A stretch of DNA of 64,000 nucleotides from Felis catus (taxonomy: Eukaryota). The stretch is from contig NC_058368.1 in NCBI RefSeq assembly GCF_018350175.1, positions 144,152,001-144,216,000 of the forward strand, given 5' to 3'. The notes under the pieces were generated by a model. That model had not been told where the DNA came from. It searched no databases and was given only the letters and a program-made list of their open reading frames with translations. The translations under genes and the position numbers were made by a program. Position 1 is the first letter of the stretch. The number at the start of each line of letters is the position of its first letter. This document shows, one piece after another, positions 1 through 12,460 of the stretch.

Positions 1-881
1 TGAGTACTGGAGAACTGTCTAGAAAAAAAACAGCAACAACAAGGGCTTACTCTTTGTTCATTTTAAAGACTTCTAAAGCCCCTTGGGTTGCTCACTTTTT
101 AAACTGTTCACATTTAAGTGGAATAATTCTAAAATTGTTTAAAATTAAGTTTCACAGAGAAAAAAGCTGTCAGATACGTTATTGTCCATAGATACACGTT
201 TGGTTTCCTAGTGTCTCAGAATCAGTACCTTACTGGAATAATCCCTTTGTCTTTATGCTTTTACTCTCTCTTAGTTCTTTTAACATGGCTCATTCACCTG
301 CACATCAAAAATGCTGATATTAAAGTTCAATTTATCTACTCTTCATAGAACTAAGCCCTACCTGTGATGAAGATCCTTCTCAAGCCTATGATTATCCTAC
401 TTCAGAAATGTTCTTGCTTCCTGTCTCCTCCTGTGAAACATCCTCATTGAGTGCTGATACTGTATTAACATTCAGTCAGACCCTTTGTTATAAGGTAGCA
501 TATAAATAATCCACAAATGCAGTTACACCGTCCAAATAGGTAACAGTTCAACTGGAGAAAGTTGAGGAGTCAGACAAACCCAGATTTCCATCCCGATTCC
601 TCCATGTGCTAGCTGTATGCCACAGTTCAATCTCTCAGCCTCTGTCTTGGGTTCCTCATCTGTGGGATGACAAGGGTCTAAGGATCTACCGTTCATCCCC
701 CGTAGGGGGTGGAGCAAGGTGATGAAATCAGACATCTAGAAAAAGACTTTCCTATCGTGCCTTAATACTCACTGTATTCTTCTTTTTACAAATTTTATCT
801 CAGAATTTAGACTTCTTTTATTTTTATCATGTCTCTAATTCACAGGCTACTTAAATAACAGATAAAATATTTAAAATGTAG

Positions 882-1098
882 TTTTTTTTTTTTCAACGTT
901 TTTATTTATTTTTGGGACAGAGAGAGACGGAGCATGAACGGGGGAGGGCCAGAGAGAGAGGGAGACACAGAATCGGAAACAGACTCCAGGCTCGGAGCCA
1001 TCAGCCCAGAGCCTGACGCGGGGCTCAAACTCACGGACTGCGAGATCATTACCTGGCTGAAGTCGGACGCTTAACCGACTGCGCCACCCAGGCACCCC
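882..1098 (-). mobile_element. Young felid CanSINE (SINEC_Fc-like)
   Basis: tRNA-derived head, (CT)n, AATAAA and A tail; TSD AAAATGTAGTTTTTT at 873-887 and 1102-1116. Confidence 0.93.
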
Positions 1099-3842
1099 AT
1101 AAAAATGTAGTTTTTTAAAGATCTATGAATAATGTTTTGTAAACATAAATGGAATCTATTAAGTGAATATGGAAAAAAAACAGCCTTAAATGTACTTTCC
1201 TTATAATTTCCAAATAGAATAATTTCAGCATATTTAAGATTAATCAACAAACAGCTGGACGGATTGCTTTTTATTTTAAAATTAGAATGTCTTTAACATC
1301 TCTTAGGATTCATCATGGCATACTTACTATGCTCTTTTAGTGCCTCTCTCTACTCCCAAGACCCCGCTGAAATTACAACTTAGTTATTTAAGCAGATGTG
1401 TATTCTGAAGAACAAAGAAAACTTGGAGGACAGATATATTGTGAGAGGAGCAATTAATTTCAAACGAGCTTTGGAAAGAGAGTGGGGATGGTGGTGTACT
1501 AAACTGCCTCAGCATCCCAGAGGCTGCCACATAGAGCCGCTAGGAGGTGGCCCCCACATTGCCCACAGGACCCATGAAGTTTAGGGGCAAGAGGCCCCAA
1601 GTGCCACAGAAAGTGGCAATGAGGCACAGGGCGGAAAATGAGGGTGGTTCAAAGTCTGTGGACAGAACATCTAGACCCCTGGGGAACTTTTTCCCACCCA
1701 AAGTAGAGAACCACTGTTGTAGGCAAGATTTCTTCTCTGAACAGATCCATCAGAAAAGCTGAAAACAGAGGATAAAGTGAGAGTCTATGGGCTGAACAGT
1801 GGAATCCCCAGATCTCACTTAGCCCTGCTAGCAGGAGACTAGAAGCCAGGAAAAAGAAGTAAAAAAGTACTGGTCTTAGAATTATGAGCCCTATTAAAAA
1901 TACCTGTTGATAAATGAAGCAATTCAAATAACTGCATTCGCCCCTCAGACACCCACTCCAAATGGAAATAGAAAGTTACCTGAAAACGTTATTCAAAATT
2001 TCAGACTTCACTTATGTCTTTTCTCTCTCTGGATGAATTTTTTGTCAGCCAGCTGTCAGCTCCTCCTGAAGGAAATCAAAGCTATTCAGAGTTACATAAA
2101 TACCAATAATTTGTTCCACGCGTCTCTCCCATTTGGAGTCTAGGTTTTTAATTCCTTCTTAAGACATCCCTACAGTGTTTGTTCAGTTAATTATATTTCA
2201 GTGATTAGGAGTCTGTAAAAGTGTCTGGAGTGGATCCCAGGCACCGCCATCCTGTGTGTGCAGGCCGAAGCTTGGCCTGCAAGGGCGCTGGGGTTGAAAG
2301 GGCCATAGCATTCAGCTGGCCTAGCACCCTATCACCCTGTTCCATACAGATGAGGAAGCCAAGGAAGGCAGGGTGGGACACCTCCCAGTCACTCCTCTTA
2401 CTCCCCTGCTTACCAGGACTTAATTAGATCTTCCTGTGTCTCTTGCTTCCTTTTTTCCTTGCTTCTTGGATACCAGCTTCGCATAGAGTAGAATTGTTCT
2501 GAGTACCTGATTTGGGTGGTACCAACCATGGCAGTACCACATGGGCTGAGGTATTTAAAAAGCCATCTTGCAGATGATAGGCTTGGCCTTCCTTATGGCT
2601 CTTTTCCTCCAAGCCACCCCCATTTTCCTTGCATTCAGAGAGAGCTGTTCTTTTCCTTTGAGACTCTTACTCTACCTCCAAATAGGATTGGTGTTCCCGC
2701 CCATAAAGGGCAAGGGGGCTGGAAATTAACAAGGGCTTCAAGTTGGATTTTCAGCCCTTCACCCTTGCTCCAGGTTGTCATGTCTTTGTGCCGCCCGCAA
2801 GGGGATCAGAGCATGCTCACAAGACTGGGGCTTGAGCCTGGGGCTCTGTCTCTTCCCAAGTTATTAACCTTTGGGAAGCTGATCCTCTGAGATTCAGTTT
2901 CCTCATCCTAAAATTGAGATAATATCTACAGAAGATGATCATAAGAATTTAAAAAAGATCATTTGTGATTTAGGAATAAAAAAAAAATACCAGTTTCTAC
3001 ACATGCATCACTAAATGTATATCCTGGGCTAAGGGGTCTGACAGTGGGAGGCCAAAGTACCTACACCAATGGGGTTTCCACCTTCCATGGGCATAATCAC
3101 ATGGAGAACTTATTAAAAATAAGATTTCTGGCTCCACTCCCACATATTCAATAGGGGGTGCTTCCTATGTACACTTGGAGAAAATATGTGACAAACTCTT
3201 CCTTCCTCATCCAGTCCCACTTCCTACTTGTCAGCCCGCCCACCCCCCTCAGGCTCATACCAGGCTGTCTCCATCATCGGTCTCCTGGAGGAGGCAAAGG
3301 GCAAAGATGACTGCCATAGCCTAGAGATGGATGAAGGAGCCCAGGGGTCTAGAGAAGCGTCCAGCCCTGAGTTTGAATGGGCCAGGCGCTGTAGGTCTGC
3401 TGTTCTGCCCTTCCCAGACAGGTCTGAAAAATCCAGAGGAGTAGTGGGCAGCCCAAGGCCGGGATGTGGGGGCTAGTGGCCCTCAGACTGAACCAAGTCT
3501 GCCTGCCACAAGCAAAACGTGTGTCCTCTTGCCATGCAAGGAAAGGGGCAGGGCCAGAACAAAAGATGCATCTAAGACTGTCCCAGGAAATGTAATGACT
3601 TGCCAGGAAAAGTGTTCTTCTCTGGCACCGGCATGTAGGAAATATTTCGAAACTGCCCAAGGGAAGGAGTAGCTGGTAAGGTTTGCTTTGTTTCCCACCC
3701 AAAGCCAAAAAGGACGGGTGTCTTCTAGTTACTTGTATGTCCCCTAGGCCTCGGGGCTGGGTCCCCGGGGCAGCTACACCCCCACTTGTCTCCGTAGACC
3801 CCACTCCCAGAGACAAACACACACAGACACACAAACCTATAC

Positions 3843-3954
3843 CTGCAAGTTTCAGGGAACCAAGGTGATAGGATTTCCAAGCTGTTGAGGATTCTAGCTG
3901 TGTCTCCACAGTCCCCGCTGGCTCCGGGAACCAAGCTTGTTCCCTCAGTTTTTC
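3843..3954 (-). other. Candidate non-coding 5'UTR exon (112 nt) of the gene driven by the left CpG island (probably ANKRD34B)
   Basis: Pyrimidine-rich acceptor CTCGCTCTCGCTCTCAG|GAAA and donor GCAG|GTATAG; a candidate upstream donor CCCAG|GTTAGC lies at 4962/4961. Confidence 0.4.
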
Positions 3955-5620
3955 CTGAGAGCGAGAGCGAGCAAGCCCTTGGTGCTGTCAGAGAAGGGCA
4001 AAGGAAGGTGACTGGGGCGACAGCGCCGGGGCACCGGTGGGGGCGGGGTGTGCGTTGTGTCGCCTCGTCTCTGAGACAAGACAGGTAGCTGGCGAGCTGA
4101 GGTGATCGCCATCCACGTGAAGGGGCTCTGCCCAGAGCGGCTGCGGAGCGGTCCCCGCAGCGCCAGTCCGGAGGACACGGCCCTCCCTTGGGAAATGGCG
4201 CGCGGGAGGGGAGCAGCCATTGCCCCCATCCTGGGGCAGGCGGACCTCTGGATCCCGGACCTCCCGTAAAGGGGTGCGGGGTCCAGGTGCCAAGGCTGTG
4301 AGCGCCCGAGAGGCGCCGGGACTGGACTGCCCGCCCCCGTGTGGCTCCCATTTGTCAAGCCAGTGGCTGTAAACGGCTCCGCAGCCCCCAGCTCGCCTCC
4401 TGCGCCCAGCCAGTACCTCCCGCCTCCCGGCCGCCCGAGGCACCTGCGGAGACGCGCGCAAGTCGGACCCCAAGACCCGCGCGCTCCTGCGGCCTCGCGC
4501 GCGCCGTTCCCGCTGCGGCGCCAACACGCGCCCGCGAGCCCCTGCCCGGATGCTCCCCGACATCCTGCAGCCGCTGGCTGCCCCTATCCACCCTCCGGCG
4601 CTGCAAGGCCGAGAAGGAGGCGAAACCTGTATCTTGCCGGGGTTCAAAACCGAGCCGCTGCAAAGCCCGAGCTGAAAACAGGAAGGGTTTGCGGGAGGCG
4701 TGAGAGTGGGCTTGAGTGGAGTCTGGACAGGCCCCTGCCCTCCAGCAGCCCTCCGTCGGCTCCGGGTCTCGGTCCTCGCTCAGGGCATCGCAATGTCAGG
4801 TTGCGCGGGAGCTGCGGGCTCCCAGGGCCTGGGCGTACCGGCCGGGGCTCACGGAGGCCGCGGCCCTCGGGTAGCTCCCTCGATGCCCTCCTCCCGGCAG
4901 CCAACACGGCGATCCAAAGTTTCTCCAAGTGTAGCCTGCAGAGACCGCGTCTCAAGCTAACCTGGGACGCGCTGTCAAGTCGGCGTCGGCGCCTCCCATC
5001 CTCGGCTCGGCGCGGACCCTCAGCGCGGGAGGCTCCAGGGTGCCGTCTGGGCTGGCTTGGCTTCGAAAGCTCCTCGGCGGCTGGAGTCGCGGATTCCGGT
5101 AGGTGCTACCCTGTCCCCGCCCCTGTTCTGCCGAGCGAGGAAGGCGGCGGGCCCGAAGCCGCGAAGCGTCGGAGCGGGGGCCGGGAGGCGCGCACCTCGC
5201 CAGACGCCCGGGCGGTGCGGCGTTTCCGCTGGGAGTGACGCGCTGGCTCCTCGCTGCACGGCAGGTGGGGGCGGCGGGGCCAAACTCTGCACGGACCCCG
5301 GGGCCAAAGTCTGTCTCTGAAGCTCCGCCCTTTGTCCCCACGAGTAGCCCCACTACATACACCCACCTCAACGCAGCCACCGCGCTGTGGCGGGGACGAC
5401 TTGGCCCAGAGTAGGGGCGGCAGGGTCTTCCCCACTGCGAGGAGATCGCCTCCCCTACCGGCCTCTGACTTCCCCTGTCATATCTGCATCTCTCCCTCCA
5501 ATTCATTATCCACCGGCCTGGTCCGTGTGTCTGTCTCCCGCGGCTCCTTCTTCCCCCTTCCCGTCCCTGTACCCACTTTGGGTAAAGCCCCGGTCTCACT
5601 TCAGGTTGGGGTATTGGTGG
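3900..5620. promoter_or_regulatory. CpG island; probable promoter and 5' end of ANKRD34B (minus strand)
   Basis: About 1.7 kb GC- and CpG-rich block with GC boxes. The gene assignment rests only on the recalled mammalian order ANKRD34B-DHFR-MSH3; no ANKRD34B coding sequence is in the window. Confidence 0.7.
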
Positions 5621-6099
5621 GAGCAACCGTTCGTGTTTTGTTTTTATGAGTTTATAACTTTATTACGCTATTATTAAAACAGTAATATAACACTTCAATA
5701 AAATTTAACAAAATGTGTATTTTATATGCCAAACTCTGCTGCAGCGGTTTTAACTCTTCATTTATCAGGGATCGTCTGGTGGAGAAAAAAACTATGACCA
5801 TTTTTTGTTGCTGAGTTAATGTCAATCAAAACTAGTTTAGTTTTGAGCCCTCAAAGGGGGAAAGTAAACTTATCTCTGGACAGCCTTCTTTTATTTAGAA
5901 AAATAACCCGTTGAGATGGGCCCTTTAGTAATAATATATAAAGCAAGTTCACAGAACATCTTAACCCAGAGTTGGGCTCTGGGGAGTTGGAATCCTGGAT
6001 CTGGGTTGCCCTGTACCCCACCCGATTTTGATGGGAGATTGGAGGGTCCCATGGTGGCAAATTTGGATGAAGGCACAGATCTCCTATCCTCTATTAAAA

Positions 6100-6660
6100 A
6101 AAAAAAAGTTTTTATTAAAGTATAGTACATACTAAAAGGTGCACATTACACAAGTTCAATGATTTCGCACAAAATGAAGCATCTTTAAGATCAAGAGACA
6201 GAACATTACCAGCTTCCCAGAAGGCTCCCTTATATTCTCTCTTTGGAGGGGGCAGGGTACTGCCTTCACTCAGCATAGAGTCTTTTTGCTTATATTTGAA
6301 CTTTACAGCAATTGAATCATGCAGAATGTACTCTGTTGTCTGACTTTCTTTCACTGGACATTGTGTTGAAGATGCTAACTGTCCATGGTCATAGTTTGTT
6401 CATTCTTTTTGCTGTATAGTGTTCCACTGTGTAAATCTACCTAAATTTATTCATTTTGCTACTGATAGACATTTGGTAATTCTCAGGTTTGAGACTTTAT
6501 AAATCATGCTGCTAGGAACATTAAAGTCAATGTCTTTGGTGAACATGATATATACATTTTTGTTGGGTACATACCTAGGAAACATACATACAGACATACA
6601 TATATGTTCAGCTTCTATAGATATTATGAAATAGGTTTTCAAAGTAGATGATCTAATTTT
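6100..6660 (-). mobile_element. Old L1 (L1ME-like) 3' fragment
   Basis: CAGAATGTACTCTGTTGTCTGACTTTCTTTCACT..GATAGACATTTGG.. Confidence 0.7.
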
Positions 6661-6664
6661 CACT

Positions 6665-7100
6665 GTGTAATTAGTTTCTTTTTGCTGCTTGTAACAAATT
6701 AACCACAAACTTAGTGACTTAAAACAACAGAAATTTTTTATTTTAGAATTTTGGAGGTCAGATATGCAAATTGAGTTTGCCTTTTCCAGTTTCTACAGTC
6801 TGGCTACATTTTTGGCTGGTGGCCCCTTAACTCCAACCTCCAATCTCAATTTCTCTTTCAACTTGGCTGCTGTTGTCACATCTTTTTCTCCCCCTGCTTC
6901 CTTCTCTCCCCTTGACCTTCTTGCCTTACCCTTATAAGAACCTTTGTGACTATATTGGGCCCACTCAGATAATCCCATCTGAAGATCCTTAGTTTAATCA
7001 CATATGCAAAGTTCCTTTTGCCATGTAAGGTAACATATTCATAGATTCCAGAGACAAGAATGTGAACCTTTTTGGGGGCCATTATTCAGCCTACTACACA
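6665..7100. mobile_element. MLT1-type LTR
   Basis: TGTAACAAATTAACCACAAACTTAGTGACTTAAAACAACAG ... TTTTGGGGGCCATTATTCAGCCTACTACA. Confidence 0.75.
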
Positions 7101-7129
7101 TAGCAGGTTATTGAAACCTACTATATTGG

Positions 7130-7465
7130 ATGGATAGAGAGAGGCTGGACTGCAACAAAAGAGAGGGAAAGAGGGAAAGGAAGGAGGGAAGGAGGAAAGA
7201 GAGTGAGAGAAAGGAAAGAAGAAAGAAAGAAAAAGAAAGAAAGAGAGAAAGAAAGAAGAGAAAAGAAAGATAAGGAAGAAAGAAAGGAAGAAAAAAGAAA
7301 AAAGAAAAAGAAAAGAAAGATAAGGAAGAAAAGAGGAAGAAAAAAGAAAAGAAAAAAGAAGAAAAGGAAGGAAGGAAGAAAGAAAGAAAGATAAGGAAGA
7401 AATAAAAAAAGAAAGAAAGATGCAGGGAAGAAGGAAGGGAAAGAAAGGCAGAAAGAAAAAAGGAT
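7130..7465 (+). repeat. Polypurine (GA-rich) low-complexity tract
   Basis: About 330 bp of almost pure A/G (GAAA, GGAA and AAAAG units). Confidence 0.95.
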
Positions 7466-8070
7466 GATGAAGCCTGGAGATTCAATTCACTTGGAGGATT
7501 GGCTCTGTTGCCCTAGGGGCTGTGCCAGGACTCATAGGCAGGAGAGGGAGGCTGATGCTGGAACATTACCTCTGGCCACCACTATCCTGGCATCACCAAC
7601 ATGTCTGGGGCCAACGGCTTTCATTGTAGAGAATGAGAGTCTAGGTCAATTTGGGCCTGGGCACCCTGCCAAGTGAAGTGTTTGGGAAGGCAGACTTTTC
7701 TCTGTGAGTGTTGGTAGCAGCAAGAAAGCAATGGTGAACAGATCACATTATGCACTGTGGGTAAGACCCCATGGTCAGCAGACAGTGCCCTCACCCCACC
7801 CATGTTGCTGTCCATCTTCCAGGCTCTGGGGACTGATCTGTTTCAGGGTTGATGGTGGAATTGTGGGGACTGACTTCCCACAGTAGGTGAGGTAAGGTGA
7901 GGATGTGATGGAATGGCAGAGCCTGCCAATCTAGGCAGGCATGCCCATGCCTTCATTGTAATTTGAATGTTAAAGGAAGATGGTTGGCTTTAACTCTCTA
8001 GACTTAAGGATCAGGACATATAGTTTCTACCTACTTCTGAATCTAATTTTGGACCAGCAACCACACCCTC

Positions 8071-8155
8071 GAAGGAGATAGATGTTATTATCCCCATTGA
8101 AGGAGGTAGATGTTGTTATCCCCGTTGAAAGAGATTAGATGTTATTATCCCCATT
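8071..8155 (+). repeat. Three tandem copies of a ~28-bp unit (GAAGGAGATAGATGTTATTATCCCCATT)
   Basis: Units at 8071, 8099 and 8127; the unit resembles MIR core sequence. Confidence 0.85.
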
Positions 8156-8671
8156 GTACCAGTGAGATCACCGGGGCTCCAAGCAGCTTTCTGATTCACT
8201 GTAGGAGTCTCAGGAATGGAACCAAGAGCAGAGCAATCCTCATAGCTCTTCTTGCTGCCCTTGACACTGTCCCACTTCCCTGGTGTGTGAGATCCACTGA
8301 CACCTGAAGTGATGGGAGCTGAGAGGCAGAGCTGACCCAACATGTGCAAACCAAAATGGACACATCCTACTTTGTTGGTGATTCAGTGGGATTACCTGGT
8401 TTAATGCCTTCAAAAATATGTTTTGGTGGGGTTTTAGGAACAAGTAATGATAGATGCATGTGTTTGATAGGCATCTTGATCAGAAATCTCTCTACCAACT
8501 TTCTGCCTTCCAGAAATGAGCTGAACACTTTGGTCTATTGATGGAACTCCTCCATTTCTCTTCAAAATGGTTGTTTGTACTACAATTCATTTACTACCTC
8601 TTTAATTCAGATCTCAAGACAGAGAAGAGATGTGTGGTTAGTCTGTCATTTTGAATTAAAAATCCCTTGTT

Positions 8672-9130
8672 GAGGCACCTGGGTGGTTCAGTCAGTTAAG
8701 CATCCAACTTCGGCTCAGGTTGCGATCTCACAGTTCATGGGTTCAAGCCCTGGGTCTGGCTCTGTGCTGACAGCTCAGAGCCTGGAGCCTGCTTCGGACT
8801 CTGTGTCTCCCTCTCTCTCTGCCCCTCCCCCACTCACGCTCTGTCTCTTAAAAATGAATAAACGTTAAAAAAAACGTTTTTTTAAAAATCCCTTCTTGAT
8901 CATCCTCATAGTCATAATCATTATTAATTATTGTTCTCCTGGGGACGCCTGGGTGGTTCAGTTGGGGGTTAAGCTCCAACTCTTGATTTTGGCTCAGATT
9001 ATGATCTCATAGTTTGTGAATCTGAACCCCGTGTTGGAGCGTGCTTGGGATTCTATCTGCACTCCCTCCCACCCCCGCTCACATGCTCTCTCTTCCAAAA
9101 AAAAATTTTTTTTAATTAAAAAATAAAATA
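8672..9130 (+). mobile_element. Two adjacent CanSINEs (about 8672-8875 and 8941-9130)
   Basis: CCTGGGTGGTTCAGT heads, CT-rich linkers and A tails. Confidence 0.88.
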
Positions 9131-9772
9131 ATTGCTCCCTTGTCTTAAACAGTTTCCCTCTGTCCCAGCCTCTTTGTCTTCCTTTCTATTCCTCCCCCAC
9201 CCTCCAACTTAGGTTTCTCTGCCTTGACTGCTTACTTAAGTTGTTCAAGTTCCCAAGGATGGTGTCAAATCTTTGGAATCTCCTTTTACCTCACCCTTTT
9301 CAAACTTGGGTCAAGTACTTGCTAGGATCCCACAGCTCTGCTGTGACCCTGGGACCTTTTTCTGTGATTCTCCTGGATGGACCCTATTTTATAGATCCTG
9401 TGTCTTTGTCTTTCTTAATTCACTTCCTCTATTTGTTGGTACATCTCTACAGTAACTTCCTAGGAAGGGTATGTGAAAGGTAAATTTTGGAGTCCTTGCA
9501 TAGCTGAAAAAGTCTTTATTTTACCCTCACACTGTTTGCTTATCTGAGTATAAAATTCTAAGATGAAAATAATTGTCCTTCAGAAATCTGAAGGCGTTCC
9601 TCCTCTATCTTCTAGATCCTAGAGTTATTGAGAGAAAATCTGAAGACATTGAGATTCCTTATCTTTTATTTGGGACATGCTCACCCCCACTCCCACTCTG
9701 CCTTTTAGAAACAGGTAGGACTTACTCTTTTTCTACTGTGCTCTAAAATTTCACTTTTATTCACCTTGGTGG

Positions 9773-9811
9773 ATAAATAAAATAAAATAAAATAAAATAA
9801 AATAAAATAAA
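9773..9811 (+). repeat. (AAAAT)n pentanucleotide repeat
   Basis: Read directly. Confidence 0.9.
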
Positions 9812-10066
9812 CCTTGGGTTTATTTTTATGTAATATTTTAGGAATTTAGGAATCCCTTTACGTCTGTAAACTCATGTAGTTTAGTTCTGGGTAATTTTCT
9901 TGGAAATCAGTTATTAAATAGTGCAGTAAACAATATATAGACAGAGTGGTATAAAGCACTTGATTTTTAACTTTGAAGACAAAGCACAGAATACTTCATT
10001 ATAATCGCAGGAGAGATTAACCTTTTTATCAATCTCACTGATATAGAGATAAAATTATAGATGGCA

Positions 10067-10290
10067 GGGGGAATGAGTGATGCAGTTGGTTAAGTGTCTG
10101 ACTTAGGCTCAGGTCACGATCTCATGGTTCCTGGGTTCGAGCCCTGCGTCAGGCTCTGTGCTGACAGCTCAGAGCCTGGAACCTGCTTTGGATTCTGTGT
10201 CTTCCTCTTTCTCTGCCCCTTTCCAGCTCACACTCTGTCTCTGTCTCTGTCTCTGTTTCTCTCTCAAAAATAAATAAACATTAAAAAAAA
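10067..10290 (+). mobile_element. CanSINE
   Basis: SINE body and tail; degenerate TSD TATA(G/C)ATGGCAG. Confidence 0.88.
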
Positions 10291-10649
10291 GTATACATGG
10301 CAGAGCAGGGCGTTAGGAGAAAGGAAGTGAGTGAGGGGAGAGTGGGGTCTTTGATAGCCTCATCTGACAAAGTAGGGGGTGGTGGTGAAAAGGTGCTACC
10401 TACATTTAATTGAATAGAAATGACAGATGTTAACTACTGGAGACACTGGAATAGTGACATAGGTATCTCTATGGGGGGAAGCAATGGTGTGGTGAGGCTT
10501 TAATACTAGGGGAGCAAGCCAGGTTTGGGAGAGGGAATGACCTGTGCTGGGAAAGCGGGGGGGGGGGGGGCGGTTAGGGTACAGCATTTAAACAGGAAAC
10601 TTTTCTTGACTAATTTTTCTGCCCTGTCTCTCACAAACTTCTTCTGACA

Positions 10650-10826
10650 TGTTTTTGAGAGAGAGAGAGAGCAAGCAGGGGAGGAATAGAGAGAAGGGGA
10701 CAGAGGATCCAAAGCTGGCTCCAAACTGACAGCACAGAGCCCTACAAAAGGCTGGAACTCATGAACCATGAGATCATGACCTGAGCTGAAGTCGGAGGTT
10801 TAACCAACTAGCCACCCAGGTGCCCC
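10650..10826 (-). mobile_element. CanSINE
   Basis: Reverse-complement SINE head (CCACCCAGGTGCCCC) and (GA)n. Confidence 0.88.
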
Positions 10827-10921
10827 TGATATATATTTCCAAAGAAAAAAAAAATTGAGGTAAAATTCGCACAACAAAATAAACCCTTTTAGATATTTAT
10901 TTTTTCAAAATAAACCATTTT

Positions 10922-11156
10922 GGGGCGCCTGGGTGGCCCAGTCGGTTAAGCGGCCGACTTCGGCTCAGGTCATGATCTCGCGGTCTGTGAGTTCGAGCCC
11001 CGCGTCGGGCTCTGTGCTGACAGCTCGGAGCCTGGAGCCTGTTTCAGATTCTGTGTCTCCCTCTCTCTCTCTGACCCTCCCCCATTCATGCTCTGTCTCT
11101 CTCTGTCTCAAAAATAAATAAATGTTAAAAAAAAAATTAAAAAAAAACCAAAAAAA
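10922..11156 (+). mobile_element. Young CanSINE
   Basis: Near-consensus body; TSD CAAAATAAACCATTTT at 10906-10921 and 11157-11172. Confidence 0.93.
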
Positions 11157-11213
11157 CAAAATAAACCATTTTAAAGTTAACAATTCAGAAGTTTCAGAGA
11201 CAGTTTATATATA

Positions 11214-11404
11214 TTTTTTTTCTTTTTTTTTTTTTTTCTGAGAGAGAAAGAGTGTGAGTGAGTGAGGGGCAGAGAGGGAATTCCAAGCAGGTTCCCGGCC
11301 CCATGTCAAGCAAGACATGGGGCTCTATCCCATGATCCTGAAATCTTGACCTGAGCCGAAATCAAGAGTCAGATGATTAAGTGACCGACGCACCCAGGCG
11401 CCCC
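11214..11404 (-). mobile_element. CanSINE
   Basis: Reverse-complement SINE head and poly(T). Confidence 0.87.
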
Positions 11405-12246
11405 AGCGACAGTTTTTGACAGCCTTAAGTGGTGGGTCCCGGATCTGGTGTGGCCAAGGGATAACTGTCTCCTCCTTTCCTCCACTGTCAGTGGCCCTTA
11501 ACCTCCTCATCCATTCAGGAAAATAATTTAGTTTCAGCTCTTGAGATGCAAATGCATTTTTCAAGGCCTTTTTCACTTAAGAAAAGATCCAAATACAATG
11601 AATATTATCCTTTAGACAGAGTCCTCTATAGGAGAACCTATAGGCTAAAGGCCATAGGAAAACGTTAAACACTAAGTTCCTTGTCACACTGAGCAAAACA
11701 GAGCATATTTTGCTTCCTATATTCATAATTTTCTTCCCCCTGGTTCCTTTCTGGTCATTTCTTTATGTCTCCCTCTTTCTCCATACTGTCCTAGCGTAAG
11801 TGGAAGTCCCGTGGCTGAGCCTTCCCCCAACATTTTTTTTTTTTTGAGAGAGAGAGGGCGCAAGTGAGTGAGGGGGCAGAGAGAGGGAGGCGGGAAGAAT
11901 CCCACAATCCCCAGCATTTTCTAAACCTTAACATCTTAGAGTGGAGATGGGCTACTTGCTATTTCCAAGCTGCCAGCGTGTTTCTGATTCATCTTTGGGA
12001 GAAGATTGCTCTCCTGTTCTGGGAAGAAAAAAAAAATGCTTTGATATGCTGGAAAGATGGTAAGTGAGGTTTAACATCTCCATTTAAGAGTCCATGCTTA
12101 AAATCTGTCAGCCTTAGACTTGGATGTGCCCAGTCTCCCAAAACTCTTAGCTGTTCACAGAGGTCCCATGCATCAGGCCTTCCTAATAGGAGGAAAGTTG
12201 CCATTAAAGAATCGCTTCATAATGGCCTTTAAAAGTTACCAGTAAA

Positions 12247-12460
12247 GGGGTGCCTGGGTGGCTCAGTCGGTTAAGCGTCCGACTTCAGCTCAGGTCACGA
12301 TCTCGCGGTCCGTGAGTTTGAGCCCCGCATCAGGCTCTGGGCTGGTGGCTCAGAGCCTGGAGCCTGCTTCCGATTCTGTGTCTCCCTCTCTCTCTGCCCC
12401 TCCCCCATTCATGCTCTGTCTCTCTCTGTCTCAAAAATAAATAAACATTAAAAAAAAATT
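12247..12460 (+). mobile_element. CanSINE
   Basis: Near-consensus body; TSD-like AAGTTACCA(G/A)TAAA on both sides. Confidence 0.92.

Noticed and set aside
523..735. 70-aa minus-strand ORF preceded by an acceptor-like TTTTTCTAG
   Set aside because: Most of it is MIR-like repeat sequence and it does not resemble an ankyrin-repeat protein.
871..1095. Recurring ORF families (MAQSVKRPTSAQV..., MPGWRSRLSVRLQPG...) at many positions
   Set aside because: Translations of CanSINE sequence, not genes.
4017..4027. GACAGCGCC, a REST/RE1 right half-site
   Set aside because: The left half (TTCAGCACC) is absent at the proper spacing.
3725..5677. Many long overlapping ORFs on both strands, up to 299 aa (4339-5238)
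   Set aside because: Pro/Arg/Gly/Ala-rich translations with no recognisable domain, mostly with non-ATG starts. This is expected from stop-codon scarcity in a CpG island.
7108..7485. Phe/Ser/Leu-rich and Lys/Arg/Glu-rich ORFs
   Set aside because: Translations of the GA-rich low-complexity tract. The same applies to the ORFs at 29287-29539 over (TTTC)n.
8071..8155. 28-bp direct repeats as a possible CRISPR-like array
   Set aside because: There are no spacers, the context is eukaryotic and the unit is MIR-like; it is a simple tandem triplication.
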